Source of the DNA: the human T2T-CHM13v2.0 reference genome, Homo sapiens
NCBI RefSeq assembly: GCF_009914755.1
Contig: NC_060925.1
DNA: 64,000 bases
Reading direction: 5' to 3' (one strand)
A program made the position numbers and the translations under genes. The first letter of the stretch is position 1; each line of letters begins with the position of its first letter. Below, in pieces: positions 1 through 13,086 of this stretch. A model generated the notes under the pieces. That model had not been told where the DNA came from and searched no databases. It worked only from the letters and a program-made list of their open reading frames with translations.

Positions 1-670
1 GAGTGAATGACTTGTCCTTCCTGAGTTTCTCTCTCTCCGTGGCAGACAAATTGTCTCTTGCAAGGGTCGAAGCATTCAAATGTGGGAACACTTACAACTG
101 CTTTCCAAAATGAGATGAAGGCCCTCGCCGTGTGATGTTGGAGAAGGCACTTTATGTGGGGGCGTTTTGTGGTAGGAAGTGCTTCAGACTGGAGCGCTCC
201 CCATGGATAGAATGTCCCTGAAGAACACAGCAGAAGCCACTTGGAGGCTTGAAATCTTCTGATGCATAGAGGACTGTGGGACAAGTTTGTCTGCTTCTAA
301 GAGAAAGAATTAGGTTTGAAATGCAAACCGTGACAGGACACCAAGCCTGTGCCTGGGAATCAGATCTGGCAGGATGGGGGAGACAGCTGCCAACGTCCAG
401 AGAGAGGCTGCACAAGCCTCCAGTGATATGGGAAGCAAAAGGTCTTTTCAATATTTGGCCACATCTTGATGGTGGCCCTCCAGATCAGAAATGCATTGCC
501 TGATGGATCAGGAAACCATGCCAGGGCATTCTGTTAAAGATAAAACATGAGAGTTTTCAGTTGAACGGTGACCCATGCCTAGATGTTCATGTCTCTGTTG
601 CACATTGGGCTGACTGTGCTTGCAGACTGTGAAGTGGGAAATATCTGAACGAACACTTCTGTATTTACAG

Positions 671-743
671 AAAATGACAACGATGACGATGAAGATGTTC
701 AAGTTGAGGTGGCTGAGAAAGTGCAGAAATCGTCTGCCCCCAG
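671..743 (+). CDS. NBPF8: NBPF exon, small exon preceding CON1 ([25 protein letters not shown])
   Basis: tttacag|AAAATGAC...CCCCAG|gtaac; 73 bp. Confidence 0.9.
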
Positions 744-1999
744 GTAACACTGAATACTCAGGAACAATTAATGGATGGTAACATATGAGGAATATCTAGG
801 AGGCACACCCTCTCTGGCATCTATGATGGGTCAAAAACCCGCATTTGCTTAGCCACAGTATGTGAAATATAACCCAGCTTAGACACAGGGTGCGGTAGCT
901 GTCATGTTTCTCTATGTGTGCCGAGTGTCATGTCTGTACCGTACAGGGATAGCTGAGTCTTCATCCTCCTCAGCTCCTATCTGTCCAGTGCAATGAACAG
1001 CAGCTGCTCTCTTCCTCTCTGGTTCCCATGGCAGCCATGCTCTGTTGCAGAGAGAACAGGATTGCATGTTCCCTCTTAATGGGAACCTCCATTTTGCTTT
1101 CTGGGACCACTCTCTTAATGCCGCCTGTCAAAACCAGCTAGGACTCCCTGGGGTCCAATCCCTCTGTGTTTAATCTTCTGTCATCTCTGTCCCACCTGGC
1201 TCATCAGGGAGATGCAGAAGGCTGAAGAAAAGGAAGTCCCTGAGGACTCACTGGAGGAATGTGCCATCACTTATTCAAATAGCCATGGCCCTTATGACTC
1301 CAACCAGCCACATAGGAAAACCAAAATCACATTTGAGGAAGACAAAGTCGACTCAGCTCTCATTGGCTCATCCTCTCATGTTGAATGGGAGGATGCTGTA
1401 CACATTATTCCAGGTAGCCTCTGTTTTCCTTGTGTCTCATACCTCTCTCTAGGCTGAGGAAGATAAACTCTGAAGACAGGCTCTATAAACACAAATTCAT
1501 TTGAATAAAAAACTGTGATGGGTTTCTAAACAGATATCAGGGAGTTTTTTTGTCCTTCACAGCTAATGTCATGACTTTGTCTGCCAGTCCCCAGTATCAA
1601 GTTACTCAACCCCAGGCAAGTGTGACAATCTCATAGTCACCTGAGTGCAGGAGGTGCACAGGCAGTATCTGTCAGGCCTCCTAGCTTCGATTCAGTATCT
1701 CTTGTCATCTGTGATTAAGTCATCTGTCCCTGAACAATGTCCATGGAGTTTCTATGCCTGTTTAAGGAAGCTGGCAGCCTTGCCTTTGTATTTGGAATTA
1801 TTGTTCCCCAGGCTTCACTGCTCTCAGCTTTCATCTGGATCTCCTTTAAGTCAGCTTGCTTAGCTGCACAGTCACCCTGAAATCAGTACGGAAACTTTTC
1901 TTCTTTACTTTGCTGATATATTTCCATAAAGCAAGGCTGGACCCTGGTTCTCCACCCTGTCAATGCAATGGCTGATCCAATGTTTCTTTGTAGCATCGT

Positions 2000-2033
<34 letters not shown>

Positions 2034-5000
2034 GATGGAGTCTTGCTCTGTCACCCAGGCTGGAGTGCAGTGGCACCATCTTGGCTTGGTGCAACCTCTG
2101 CCTCCCAGATTCAAGTGATTCTCCTGCCTCAGCCTCCTGAGTTGCTGGGACCACAGGTGCACAACATCACATCTGGCTAATTTTTGTATTTTTAGTAGAG
2201 ACAGGGTTTCCCCATGTTGGCCAGGGTAGTCCTGAACTCATGACCTCAAATGATTCACCTGTCTTGGCCTCCCAAATCACAGATTCTTTTTAAAGCAAGA
2301 GTTGTTCAAATTTATCTATCAGTCGTGTTTCATGTATAGATGCCTCTAAACATTTAATGTCCATGTTACCTGGTGATATAAGTCCATATCGCAGCAACAC
2401 TCTTAGAAAATTGTTTGACCAATTTTTGGAGATTTTTTTGGGGAAAAAATTTTGTTTAACTTTGACTCAAGCAGGGAATATGGCATTATGGTCTACATGT
2501 AGAGGGAGATTTTGGCCTGTGGGTCTGGAAAGCAGGGTCATCTAATTCTCACCAAAGTTAATCTAGGACAACCTAGAATATTCCTGTCAGAATCCTTATT
2601 CTTGCACTGAGAATAGTTATGTCCTTGTGCTATGATTGGACAGTGATTTGTTCATATGTGAAGTATGAATTGCTTAATGTGACCTGCTTCTCTGAATTTA
2701 TTTACAGAAAATGAAAGTGATGATGAGGAAGAGGAAGAAAAAGGACCAGTGTCTCCCAGGTAATGTTGTGGAATTGTTGGCTGTTAATTCAGTAGTGACA
2801 TCTGGAGATTGTAGATTTAGGGAAAATGAGGAAGTGATGAATAGAACTATTTCTTCCATTCACCCAGCTACAAATTGTGCTGATTTACAATGTTGTATGT
2901 TATTTGTGGCACTTGTATTGGTTTTAATTTCATAGTCCTCTCAAGATAGGAACTTGCCATCAGATGAGCCAGGTGAACTAGCCAAACAGGGTTTTCTTGT
3001 TGATCTTTTCAAAAAACCAGCCCTGGATTCATTGATTTTTTGAAGGGTTTTTTGTGTCTCTATCTCCTTTAGTTCTGCTCTGATCTTAGTTACTTCTTGT
3101 CTTCTGCTAGCTTTTGAATTTGTTTGCTTTGCTTCTCTCGTTATTTTAATTGTGATGTTAGGGTGTCAATTTTAGATCTTTTCTGCTTTCTCTTGTGGGC
3201 ATTTAGTGCTATAATTTTCCCTCTACACATTGCTTTAAATGTGTCCCAGAGATTCTGGTATGTTGTGTCTTTTTTCTCATTGGTTTCAAAGAACATCTTT
3301 ATTTCTGCCTTCATTTTGTTATTTTCCCAGTAGTCATTCAGGAGCAGGTTGTTCAGTTTCCATGTAGTTGTGCGGTTTTGAGTGAGTTTCTTAATCCTGA
3401 GTTCTAATTTGATGGCACTGTGGTCTGACAGTTTGTTGTGATTTCCATTCTTTTACATTTGCTGACGAGTGCTTTACCTCCAACTATGTGGTCAATTTTG
3501 GAATAAGTGTGATGTGGTGCTGAGAAGAATGTATATTCTGTTGATTTGGGGTGGAGGGTTCTGTAGATGTCTTTTAGGTCTGCTTGGTGGAGAGCTGAGT
3601 TCAAGTCCTGGATATCCTTGTTAAGCTTCTGTCTCATTGATCTGTCTAATATTGACACTGGGGTGTTAAAGTCTCCCATTATGATTGTGTGGAGTCTAAA
3701 TCTCTTTGTAGGTCTCTCAGGACTTGCTTTATAAATCTGGGTGCTCCTGTATAGGGTGCATATATATTTAGGATAGTTAACTCTTCTTGTTGAATTGATC
3801 CCTTTACCATTATGTAGTGGCCTTCTTGTCTCTTTTGATCTTTGTTGTTTGAAAGTCTGTTTTATCAGAGACTAGGATTGCAACCCCTGCCTTTTTTTGT
3901 TTTCCATTTGCTTGGTAGATCTTCCTCCATCCCTTTATTTTGAGCCTATGTGTGTCTCTGCATGTGAGATGGGTTTCCTGAGTACAGCACACTGATGGGT
4001 CTTGACTCTTTATCCAATTTGCCATTCTGTGTTTTTTAACTGGGGCATTTAGCCCATTTACATTTAAGGTTAATATTGTTATGTGTGAATTTGATCCTGT
4101 CGTTATGATGTTAGCTGGTTATTTCGCCCGTTAGTTGATGCAATTTCTTCCTAGCGTCAATGGTCTTTACAGTTTGGCATGTTTTTGCAGTGGCTGGTAC
4201 CGGTTGTTCCTTTCCATGTTTAGTGCTTCCTTTAGGAGCTCTTGTAAGGCAGGCCTGGTGGTGACAAAATCTCTCAGCATTTGCTTCTCTGTAAAGGATT
4301 TATTTCTCCTTCACTTATGAAGCTTTGTTTGGCTGGATATGAAATTCTTGGTTGAAAATTCTTTTCTTTAAGAATGTTGAAGATGCTGGAGAGGATGTGG
4401 AGAAATAGGAACACTTTTACACTGTTGGTGGGACTGTAAACTAGTTCAACGATTGTGGAAGGCAGTGTGGCAATTCCTCAGGGATCTAGAACTAGAAATA
4501 CCATTTGACCCAGCCATCCCATTACTGGGTGTATACCCAAAGGATTATAAATCATGCTGCTGTAAAGACACATGCACACATATGTTTATTGCGGCACTAT
4601 TCACAATAGCAAAGACTTGGAACCAAGCCAAATATCCAGCAATGATAGACTGGATTAAGAAAATGTGGCACATATACACCATGGAATACTATGCAGCTAT
4701 AAAAAATGATGAGTTCATGTCCTTTGTAGGGGCATGGATGAAGCTGGAAACCATCATTCTCAGCAAACTATTGCAAGGACAAAAAACCAAATACCGCATG
4801 TTCTTACTCACAGGTGGGAATTGAACAATGAGAACACATGGACACAGAAAGGGGAACATCACACACTGGGGCCTGTTGTAGGGTGGGGGGAGGGAGGAGG
4901 GGTAGCATTAGGAGATATACCTAATGTTAAATGATGAGTTAATGGGTGAAGCACACCAATGTGGACATGTATACATATGTAACTAACCTGCACGTTGTGC

Positions 5001-8000
5001 ACATGTACCCTAAGACTTAAAGTATTAAAAAAAAAATATATATATATATATACATACACACAAAAAATAATAAAGGAAAACTATACATATGGAAAAAAAA
5101 AAGAATGTTGAATATTGCTCCCACTCTCTTCTGGCTTGTAGGGTTTGTGCCAAGAGATCTGCTGCTAGTCTGATGGGTTTCCCTTTGTGGGTAATCCGAC
5201 CTTTCTCTCTGGCTGCCCTTAGCATTTTTTCCTTCATTTCAACCTTGGTGAATCTGACAATTACGTGTTTTGGGGTTGCTCTTCTCGAGGAGTATCTTTA
5301 TGGTGTTCTCTGTGTTTCCTGAATTTGAATGTTGGCCTTCCTTGCTAGGTTGGGGAAGTCCTCCTGGATAATATCCTGAAGAATGTTTCCCAGCTTGGTT
5401 CCATTCTCCCCGTCACTTTCAGTACACCAATCAAACGTAGATTTGGTCTTTCCACATAGTCCCATATTTATTGGAGGCTTGTTCATTTCTTTTTACTCTT
5501 TTTTCTCTAAACTTCTCTTCTCGCTTCATTTCACTAATTTGATCTTGAATCACTGATACCGTTTCTTGCACTTGATCGAATTGGCTACTGAAGCTTGTGC
5601 ATGCATCACATAGTTCTCGTGCCATGGTTTTCAGCTCCATCAGGTCATTTAAGGTCTTCTCTACACTGTTCATTCTGGTTAGCCATTCGTCTAATCTTTT
5701 TTCAAGGTTTTTAGCTTCCTTGCGATGAGTTCGCACATCCTCCTTTAGCTCAGAGAAGTTTGTTATTACCGACTTTCTGAAGCCTACTTCTGTCAGCTCA
5801 TCAAAGTCATTCTCCATCCTGCTTTGTTCCATTGCTGGCGAGGAGCTGCGATCCTTTGGAGGAGAAGGGATGTCAGGTTTTTGGAATTTTCAGCTTTTGT
5901 GCTCTGGTTTCTCCCCACCTTTGTGGTTTTATCTACCCTTGGTCTTTGATGATGGCGACCTACAGATGGGGTTTTGGGGTGGATGTCTTTTTTGTTGATG
6001 TTGATGCTATTCCTTTCTGTGTGTTAGTTTTCCTTCTAACAGTCAGGTCCCTCAGCTTCAGGTCTGTTGGAGTTTGCTGGAAGTCCACTCCAGACCCTCA
6101 AACAGGGATTTCTTGGTGTTGCCTATTCTCTCCCATGTGTTTAAATCCAGGGAGAGGTGTATATATGCTTTCTTCCTATTTGTTGGTAGTATGTTGGCTA
6201 GTATTTTTGCAAGAAAAGAAATTGAAAAAGTAAATATATTATATCAAAATATTGGGAAAATGGGGCCCTTAATACACAAGATCTGTGTCTGCACTGCGTC
6301 AAGAACTCTCTTCACTTGAATGCTGCATGTAAAATTCAACCCAATTTATGCAAAGTAGTTGAAGCCCTGTGTCAGTTCTCTGTGCTGCAAGTCATGATGG
6401 TAGTTTACAGGGAGAGTCTGGGTGCCCTGAGTTGGCTCATCTGTGGCAAATGTACTGAGCACATGCTGCCCATTTTTGCTCTGTCCCCAGAGCAGTCACC
6501 CTCCACCCTGTATTTAGAAGGATAGTTTTATTTCTCTTGAAGGAAAAATGCCTTTGGTTTCTGTGACCACTCCATTCTGTCTCCCATCAGATCATCTGGG
6601 AGGTTTTGTTGTCTAATGTCTGTTGGTTAAATCTTCTATCATCCCTGTCCTGCCTGGCTCATCAGGAATCTGCAGGAGTCTGAAGAGGAGGAAGTCCCCC
6701 AGGAGTCCTGGGATGAAGGTTATTCGACTCTCTCAATTCCTCCTGAAATGTTGGCCTCGTACAAGTCTTACAGCAGCACATTTCACTCATTAGAGGAACA
6801 GCAAGTCTGCATGGCTGTTGACATAGGCAGTGAGTACTCCATTGTGAAGGTGATAAAGCTCCAGTTCATGGCCCAGGTAGACCCCATAATCTTTGGGCCT
6901 TGTGCCGCTTGTTGGGCTGAGATTTGCCATCACTGTGGGCTGAACCTATATATCAATGTAGATTTCAATCACTCTGGAGTCGAGTCTGAAGCACAGGCAT
7001 GGGGTGGGTCAGTGAGCTTTGCTCTCTTCCTAGTCTCACGCCATGCCCGTGCCAACCTGGACTGACTGTCACGATATTGAACTCAAGGCAGGTGTGGCAA
7101 ACTCACACCAAACTATGCAGCACATGCCCAGGAGTTGTCTGTCAGCTCAGCTCATCTGAATTAAATGTCTCTTGCCAGCTACAAAATTCCTTATGAGTTT
7201 TGTTCCCAAAGCATGTCTGTGTGGTTCTTTACCTGCCCAAGGCCAGTGTCACCCTTGTCTACCTCTCAGTGAAAGATGTGACCCAGGTTTCACTGAATTT
7301 ATTCCCATTTTCTGTGTCTTCTAAGTTCGCTTGCTTTAGCTCATCTGTCCGTCATGTTCCTGGTATGTTTTCTAGATAAATGGCTGACTTTTCACCCACA
7401 AAAGCCATAATAGCTGATGCTTCTGTGTAGAACCAAGTTTCATTTTGACTCAAGAGCTGGTACATTGCACCCCCTCATCAAATCTCTGTGTCCACAATCT
7501 CATAAACTATCAAATTCTGGGTATTTGATGAGAGAAAGCTTAATATTGAAGTATCTCTCCTATGAGGTGTTAGAACTATTTGCCTACAATTTATTGGGGA
7601 AAAAATTGCTCATTTGTGTACATAAACCTAGGACAGAGCACATAGGGAAGATAACATTCCAACTCAGGGGAATTTTGCCCAAGGCTCATGAAAGAACCCA
7701 AGCCAGTTTTCTCAAGACTTGACCTCAGGCCTACTGGAATATTTCTCTCAAAGTCTCCTGTTCTCACATTGACAAGACTGATGTCCCTGTGTTAGGATTG
7801 GACAGAGGAATGTTTCTGTGTGCAAGGAAGAACTGCTTAATGTAAGAGGGCCCATATGAATTTATTTGCAGGACATCGGTGGGATCAAGTGAAAAAGGAG
7901 GACCAAGAGGCAACAGGTCCCAGGTGAGTCTGAGAAATTGTGGACAGTTAATTTGATGTTGACACCTGGAGATGCCAAGTCCAGGGAAAACAGTACATGC

Positions 8001-8312
8001 TGAAAATAATGATTTTGTCTTGTCAGACAAGTCTGAATTACGCCTACTACATTGCTTTTTGGTTCTCATTAGAGTAAATGTTTAGGTTTCCATTTCTTCC
8101 TACCCTTATCATTTACTAACCTAGTGAAAGTTGACCATACCTCAAAAGCTGTATTCTCATGGTAACTGCAGGGAAACTTGAGCACATTTTATGCAAAATT
8201 ATTGAGGACAGGCTTTTCATGATCACTGTTCACTGTGTGTCCTGAGAGCACAAATACAGAGTGTCCTTTGACTCCCTCATCAGTGTGTCACCTGACCAAT
8301 TCACTGAGCTCG

Positions 8313-8367
<55 letters not shown>

Positions 8368-11300
8368 TTTCTCTTTCATCCTTTTCTACCTGGCCCTAGT
8401 CTATCCCAACATAAAGGCAATAATTTGTTACCTCATTAATGGATCTGTCCTTTTTCTTTTCAAACTCTTCCTTATGTTAGCCATGAAATCTAGCTGGGGC
8501 TGTGTGGTTTCTGATTCCCCATGGCTTATTCTTTACTTTTTCCCACTTTTCCAGGCTCAGCAGGGAGCTGCTGGATGAGAAAGGGCCTGAAGTCTTGCAG
8601 GACTCACTGGATAGATGTTATTCAACTCCTTCAGGTTGCCTTGAACTGACTGACTCATGCCAGCCCTACAGAAGTGCGTTTTACATATTGGAGCAACAGC
8701 GTGTTGGCTTGGCTGTTGACATGGATGGTGAGTACCTTTCTATGAAGGTGATAAGGATCCACTGAGTCTTCTGGTTAGGGTCATATTCCTACTGCAAGTG
8801 GCCCTTACTGAGCTGAGAGATGTCATTGCCACAGGGAGGACCTATAGGCACATGTAGGTTGAATGAAACTCTAGTTCCACTTGGAAGCCCAGACAAGGGA
8901 TGGGTCAGTGAGCAAGGCTCTCTTCCTAGTCTCAGGCCATGCCTGTGGCGCCCTAATCCTACTCTCATGACATTGGACCTGGGCAGATGTGACAAATTCA
9001 CACAACTCTGATTTTGTCTCAATTTTATAGATCTTGTAGATTTCATCCTTCACTCTAATTTCAGCGTCTAAAATCCTCGCTACCATGAACAATCTGAGTA
9101 TTTGATGAGACAGGGCTGAATAGTGCAGTTTTTCTCCTAGCAACCATTTGGGGGCATTTGCTTTAAATCGATTGGAAAAATATGGCATAACCATTTGCAC
9201 AAACTTGGGACAAATGATATTGGGACAACGATCTACCAGAATAGGGAATTTTACCCACAGTTTCTGGGACAAAAACCAAGGAATCTCTATGGTGATCAGC
9301 CTTCAGGCCTCCTGAAGAATATCTCTCACAGTGTCCTATTCTCATGCTGAGGAGCCTGAAGTCCCTGTGTGAGGATTAGACAGTGGATTGTTATGTGTGT
9401 AGGAGAACCAGCTTAATATGTCTGTCCATGTCTGAACTTATTGCAGAAATTGAAAAGTACCAAGAAGTGGAAGAAGACCAAGACCCATCATGCCCCAGGT
9501 AACTTTGAGCAATTATGGATGCTTAATTCTGTGTTGACACCTGGAGATGCCAGGTCCAGGGAAAGCAAGAGTGTGTTCAATTTCATGTTTTCAACGAAGG
9601 TTGAAATACTCCTCCTGACATTGCTGTTGGTTTTCATTGCAGAAGATGTTTAGGTTTCCATTTCTTCCTCCCCTTATCATTTACTAACTTACTATAGGTT
9701 GACCATACCTCAAAGGCTGTATGGCAACTGCATGGAGTCTTGAGCAAGTTTATGGAAAATTATTGAGCCCACTCTTTTCATGATCACTGTTCGCTGTGTG
9801 TCCCGAGGGCACTAACTCAGAGTGTCCTTTGACCCCTTCATCAGTGTGTCACCCGGCCAATTCGCTGAGCTCACTTTCTCCTCTCTCTCTCTCTCCCTCT
9901 CCCTGTCTTTCTCTTTCATTCTTTTCTACCTGGCCCTGGTCTATCCCAACATAAAGGCAATAATTCATTACCTCATTAATGGATCTGTCCTTTTTCTTTT
10001 TAAACAGTTCCTTATGTTAGCCATGAAATCTAGCTGGGGCTGTGTGGTTTCTGATTCCCCCTGGCTTATTCTTTACTTTTTCCTACTTTTCCAGGCTCAG
10101 CAGGGAGCTGCTGGATGAGAAAGAGCCTGAAGTCTTGCAGGACTCACTGGATAGATGTTATTCGACTCCTTCAGGTTATCTTGAACTGCCTGACTTAGGC
10201 CAGCCCTACAGCAGTGCTGTTTACTCATTGGAGGAACAGTACCTTGGCTTGGCTCTTGACGTGGACAGTGAGTACCTTACTATGAAGGTGATAAGCCTCC
10301 ACCTGGTCTTCCAGATAGGGGTGATATTCCTGTTCCAAGTGGCCCTTACTGACCCGAGAGATGTCATTGCCGCAGGCAGGACCTATGGGCGCATATAGGT
10401 TGTAATGAGACTGTAGTCTCAGCTGGAAGCCTAGACATGAAATGGGTCAGTGAGCAAGGCTCTATTCCTAGTCTCCAGCCATGCCTGTGGCAACCTGAGC
10501 CCGCTCTCAGCACATTGGACCCAGGCAGATGTAAAAAATTCACAGAAGTATGATTTGGACTCAAGGGTTTGTAGATTTCCTCCTTCATTCTAATTTCAGT
10601 GTCTCAAATTCTTGCATCCATGAACGAGCTGGGCATTTGATGAGACAGGGCTGAATACTGCAGTTTTCCTCCTAGAAATCATCTGGGGCATTTTCTTTGA
10701 ACTGATGGGAACAATAAGGCATAACTGTTTGCACAAACTTGGGATAAATGATTTTGGGATAACGATCTACCAGAAGGGGGATATTTCACCCTTGGTTCTG
10801 AGATGCAAACCAAAGAATATCATGACCAGCTTTCAGGCCTCCTGAAGTACATCTCTCACATTGTCCTGTTCTCATGCTGAGGAGCCTGAGATCCCTGTGT
10901 GGGGATTAGACAGTGGACTGTTATGGGTGTAGGTGAATTGGCTTATTTTGTCTGTCCCTGTCTGAATGTATTGCAGGAATTAAAAAGGACCAAGAAGAGG
11001 AAGAAGACCAAGGCCCACCATGCCCCAGGTAACTGAGCAATTGTGAACAGCTACTTCTGTGTTGACATCTGGAGACTCCTGGTTCAGGGAAAACAGAGCG
11101 GGCTGACATTATCGATTACATCTTTTCAACCAAGCCTGAATTATTCCTACTAACATTGCTGTTGGTTTTCATTGCAGTAGATATTTAGGTTTCCATTTCT
11201 TCCTCCCCTTCTCATTTACTAACCTACTGTAGGTGGACCAGACTTCAAAAACTGTATTCTCATGGCGACTGCATGGAAACTTGAGCACATTTTATGGAAA

Positions 11301-11416
11301 ATTATTGAGCACAGTCTTTTCATGATCCCTGTATGCTGTGTGTCCTGAGGGCACTAACTCAGAGTGTCCTGTTACTCCCTCATCAGTGTGTCACCTGGAC
11401 AATTCACTGAGCTCGT

Positions 11417-11478
<62 letters not shown>

Positions 11479-13053
11479 TGTCTGTCTTTCTCTTTCATTC
11501 TTTTCCATTTGGCCCTGTTCTGTCCCAACATGAAGGCAATAATTTGTTACCTCATTAATGGATCTATCCTTTTACTTTTTTAACCACTTCCTTATGCTAC
11601 CCATGAAACCTATTTGGGGTTCTGTTGTGTCTGATTTCCCCTGGCGTATTCTTTACTTTTTCCTCCTTTTCCAGGCTCAGCAGGGAGCTGCTGGAGGTAG
11701 TAGAGCCTGAAGTCTTGCAGGACTCACTGGATAGATGTTATTCAACTCCTTCCAGTTGTCTTGAACAGCCTGACTCCTGCCAGCCGTATGGAAGTTCCTT
11801 TTATGCATTGGAGGAAAAACATGTTGGCTTTTCTCTTGACGTGGGAGGTGAGTACCTTTCTATGAAGGTGATAAGGATCCACTGAGTCTTCCATATAAAG
11901 ATCATGTTCCTGCTCCAAGTGGCCATTACTGAGCTGAGAGATGTCATTGCCACAGGGAGGACCTATAGGCACATGTAGGTTGAATGAAACTCTAGTTCTA
12001 CCTGGAAGCCCAGACAAGGGATGGGTCAGTGAGCAAGACTCTCTTCCTAGTCTCAGGCCATACCTGTGGCGCCCTGATCCTACTCTCATGACATTGGACC
12101 TGGGCAGATGTGACAAATTCAGAGAACTATGATTTTGACTCAAGGGTTTGTAGATTTCCTTTTTCACTCTAATTTCAGTGTCTAAAGTCCTCACAACCAT
12201 GAACAATCTGAGTATTTGATGAGACAGGGCTAAATATTGCAGTTTTTCTCCTAGAAATCATTTGAGGGTATTTGCTTTAAGTTGATTGGAAAAATATGGC
12301 ATAACTGTTTGCACAAACTTGGGACAAATGATATTGGGATAACGATCTACTAGAATAGGGACATTTTACCCACAGTTTCTGGGAGAAAAACCGAGGAATT
12401 TCTATCATGACCAGCCTTCAGGCCTCCTGAAATATATCTCTCACAGTGTCCTATTCTTATGCTGAGGAGCCTGAGGTCCCTGTGTGAGGATTAGACAGTG
12501 GATTGTTATGTGTGTAGGGGAATCAGCTTAATGTGTCTGTCCATGTCTGAATTTATTGCAGAAATTGAAAAGAAGGGGAAGGGGAAGATAAGAAGGGGAA
12601 GAAGATCAAAGAAGAAAAGAAGAAGGGGAAGAAAAGAAGGGGAAGAAGATCAAAACCCACCATGCCCCAGGTAACTTTCAGCAATTGTGGATGCTTAATT
12701 CTGTGTTAACACCTGGAGGCAACAGATTCAGGGAAACCAGAGTGTGTTTGATGTCACGTTTTCAACGAAGACTGAATTACTCCTACTGTCATTGCTGTTG
12801 GTTTTCATTGCAGTAGATGTTTAGGTTTCCATTTCTTCCTCCCCTTATCATTTCCTAACGTACCATAGGTTGACCATACTTCAAAAGCTGTACTCTCATG
12901 GCCACTGCATCGAATTTTGAGCATATTTTATGGAAAACTATTGAGCTCACTCTTTTCATGATCACAGTTTGCTGTGTGTCATGAGGGCACTAACTCAGAG
13001 TGTCCTTTTACTCCCTTACCAGTATGTCAACTGGCCAATTCACTAGGTCACTT

Positions 13054-13086
<33 letters not shown>

